Positions 63,878-64,000 of a DNA stretch of 64,000 nucleotides are shown piece after piece (position 1 is the first letter of the stretch; every line of letters starts with the position of its first letter). The position numbers were made by a program, and so were the translations under genes. The notes beneath the pieces are model-generated. The model saw only the letters and a program-made list of their open reading frames with translations, had not been told where the DNA came from and ran no database searches. Origin of the DNA: a virus; IMG/VR virus record IMGVR_UViG_3300043449_001732, positions 19,982-83,981 of that record. One strand, given 5' to 3'.

Positions 63878-64000
63878 TTAGATCAAGCCGAGAATCCTAA
63901 GCCAGGAGTCGGGATGATCTGGTTCGACTTCGTCTCCACAGGGAGTAAGGCAACAGCTGTCGAACGTCCACTCTTCGATCTCTTCGTTGGTTGGGATGTC
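63878..64000 (-). CDS. 3' end of a CDS starting beyond the window (…VEPDHPDSWLRILGLI)
   Basis: Open frame from window end to TAA at 63878. Confidence 0.55.
   Translation of the reverse strand, partial: DIPTNEEIEEWTFDSCCLTPCGDEVEPDHPDSWLRILGLI

Noticed and set aside
1-64000. Stop-codon reassignment, introns/inteins in polA or primase, prophage state
   Set aside because: All three stop codons end genes normally; polA and primase ORFs are continuous and of ordinary size; no integrase or host flank is visible

Overview
A 64 kb segment of a lytic dsDNA cyanophage, most likely infecting freshwater Synechococcus/Cyanobium. The gene set is reminiscent of S-EIV1-like phages; this is an inference, as no database search was possible. 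Positions ~1-24 kb (mostly + strand) hold the virion/lysis arm: major capsid protein, virion proteins, two tail fibres and four different peptidoglycan hydrolases. Positions ~24-64 kb (mostly - strand) hold DNA metabolism and early genes: GT-B glycosyltransferase, SpeD, primase-SF3 helicase, PD-(D/E)XK exonuclease, SSB, Tyr762-type PolA, ThyX, GP88-like, PcfJ-like and about seven free-standing endonucleases (dCTP deaminase lies in the left arm). Host-directed genes include hli, a 37-aa mini-CP12, two NblA-like proteins and a Dps-like protein. No terminase, portal, integrase, reverse transcriptase or CRISPR array is visible. The most notable signals not explained by ordinary annotation are: (1) six 27-nt covarying H-type RNA pseudoknots in leaders of early/replication genes, each followed by an SD-less A/C-rich spacer; (2) an array of mosaic small paralogous genes with conserved/variable blocks joined by a stereotyped ATGACTGA stop/start junction; (3) a ~280-nt structured ncRNA plus two anticodon-defective tRNA mimics flanking an antisense protein kinase that needs a -1 frameshift; (4) a circularly permuted M23 peptidase; (5) a 3x75-bp inverted/direct repeat locus (candidate origin).
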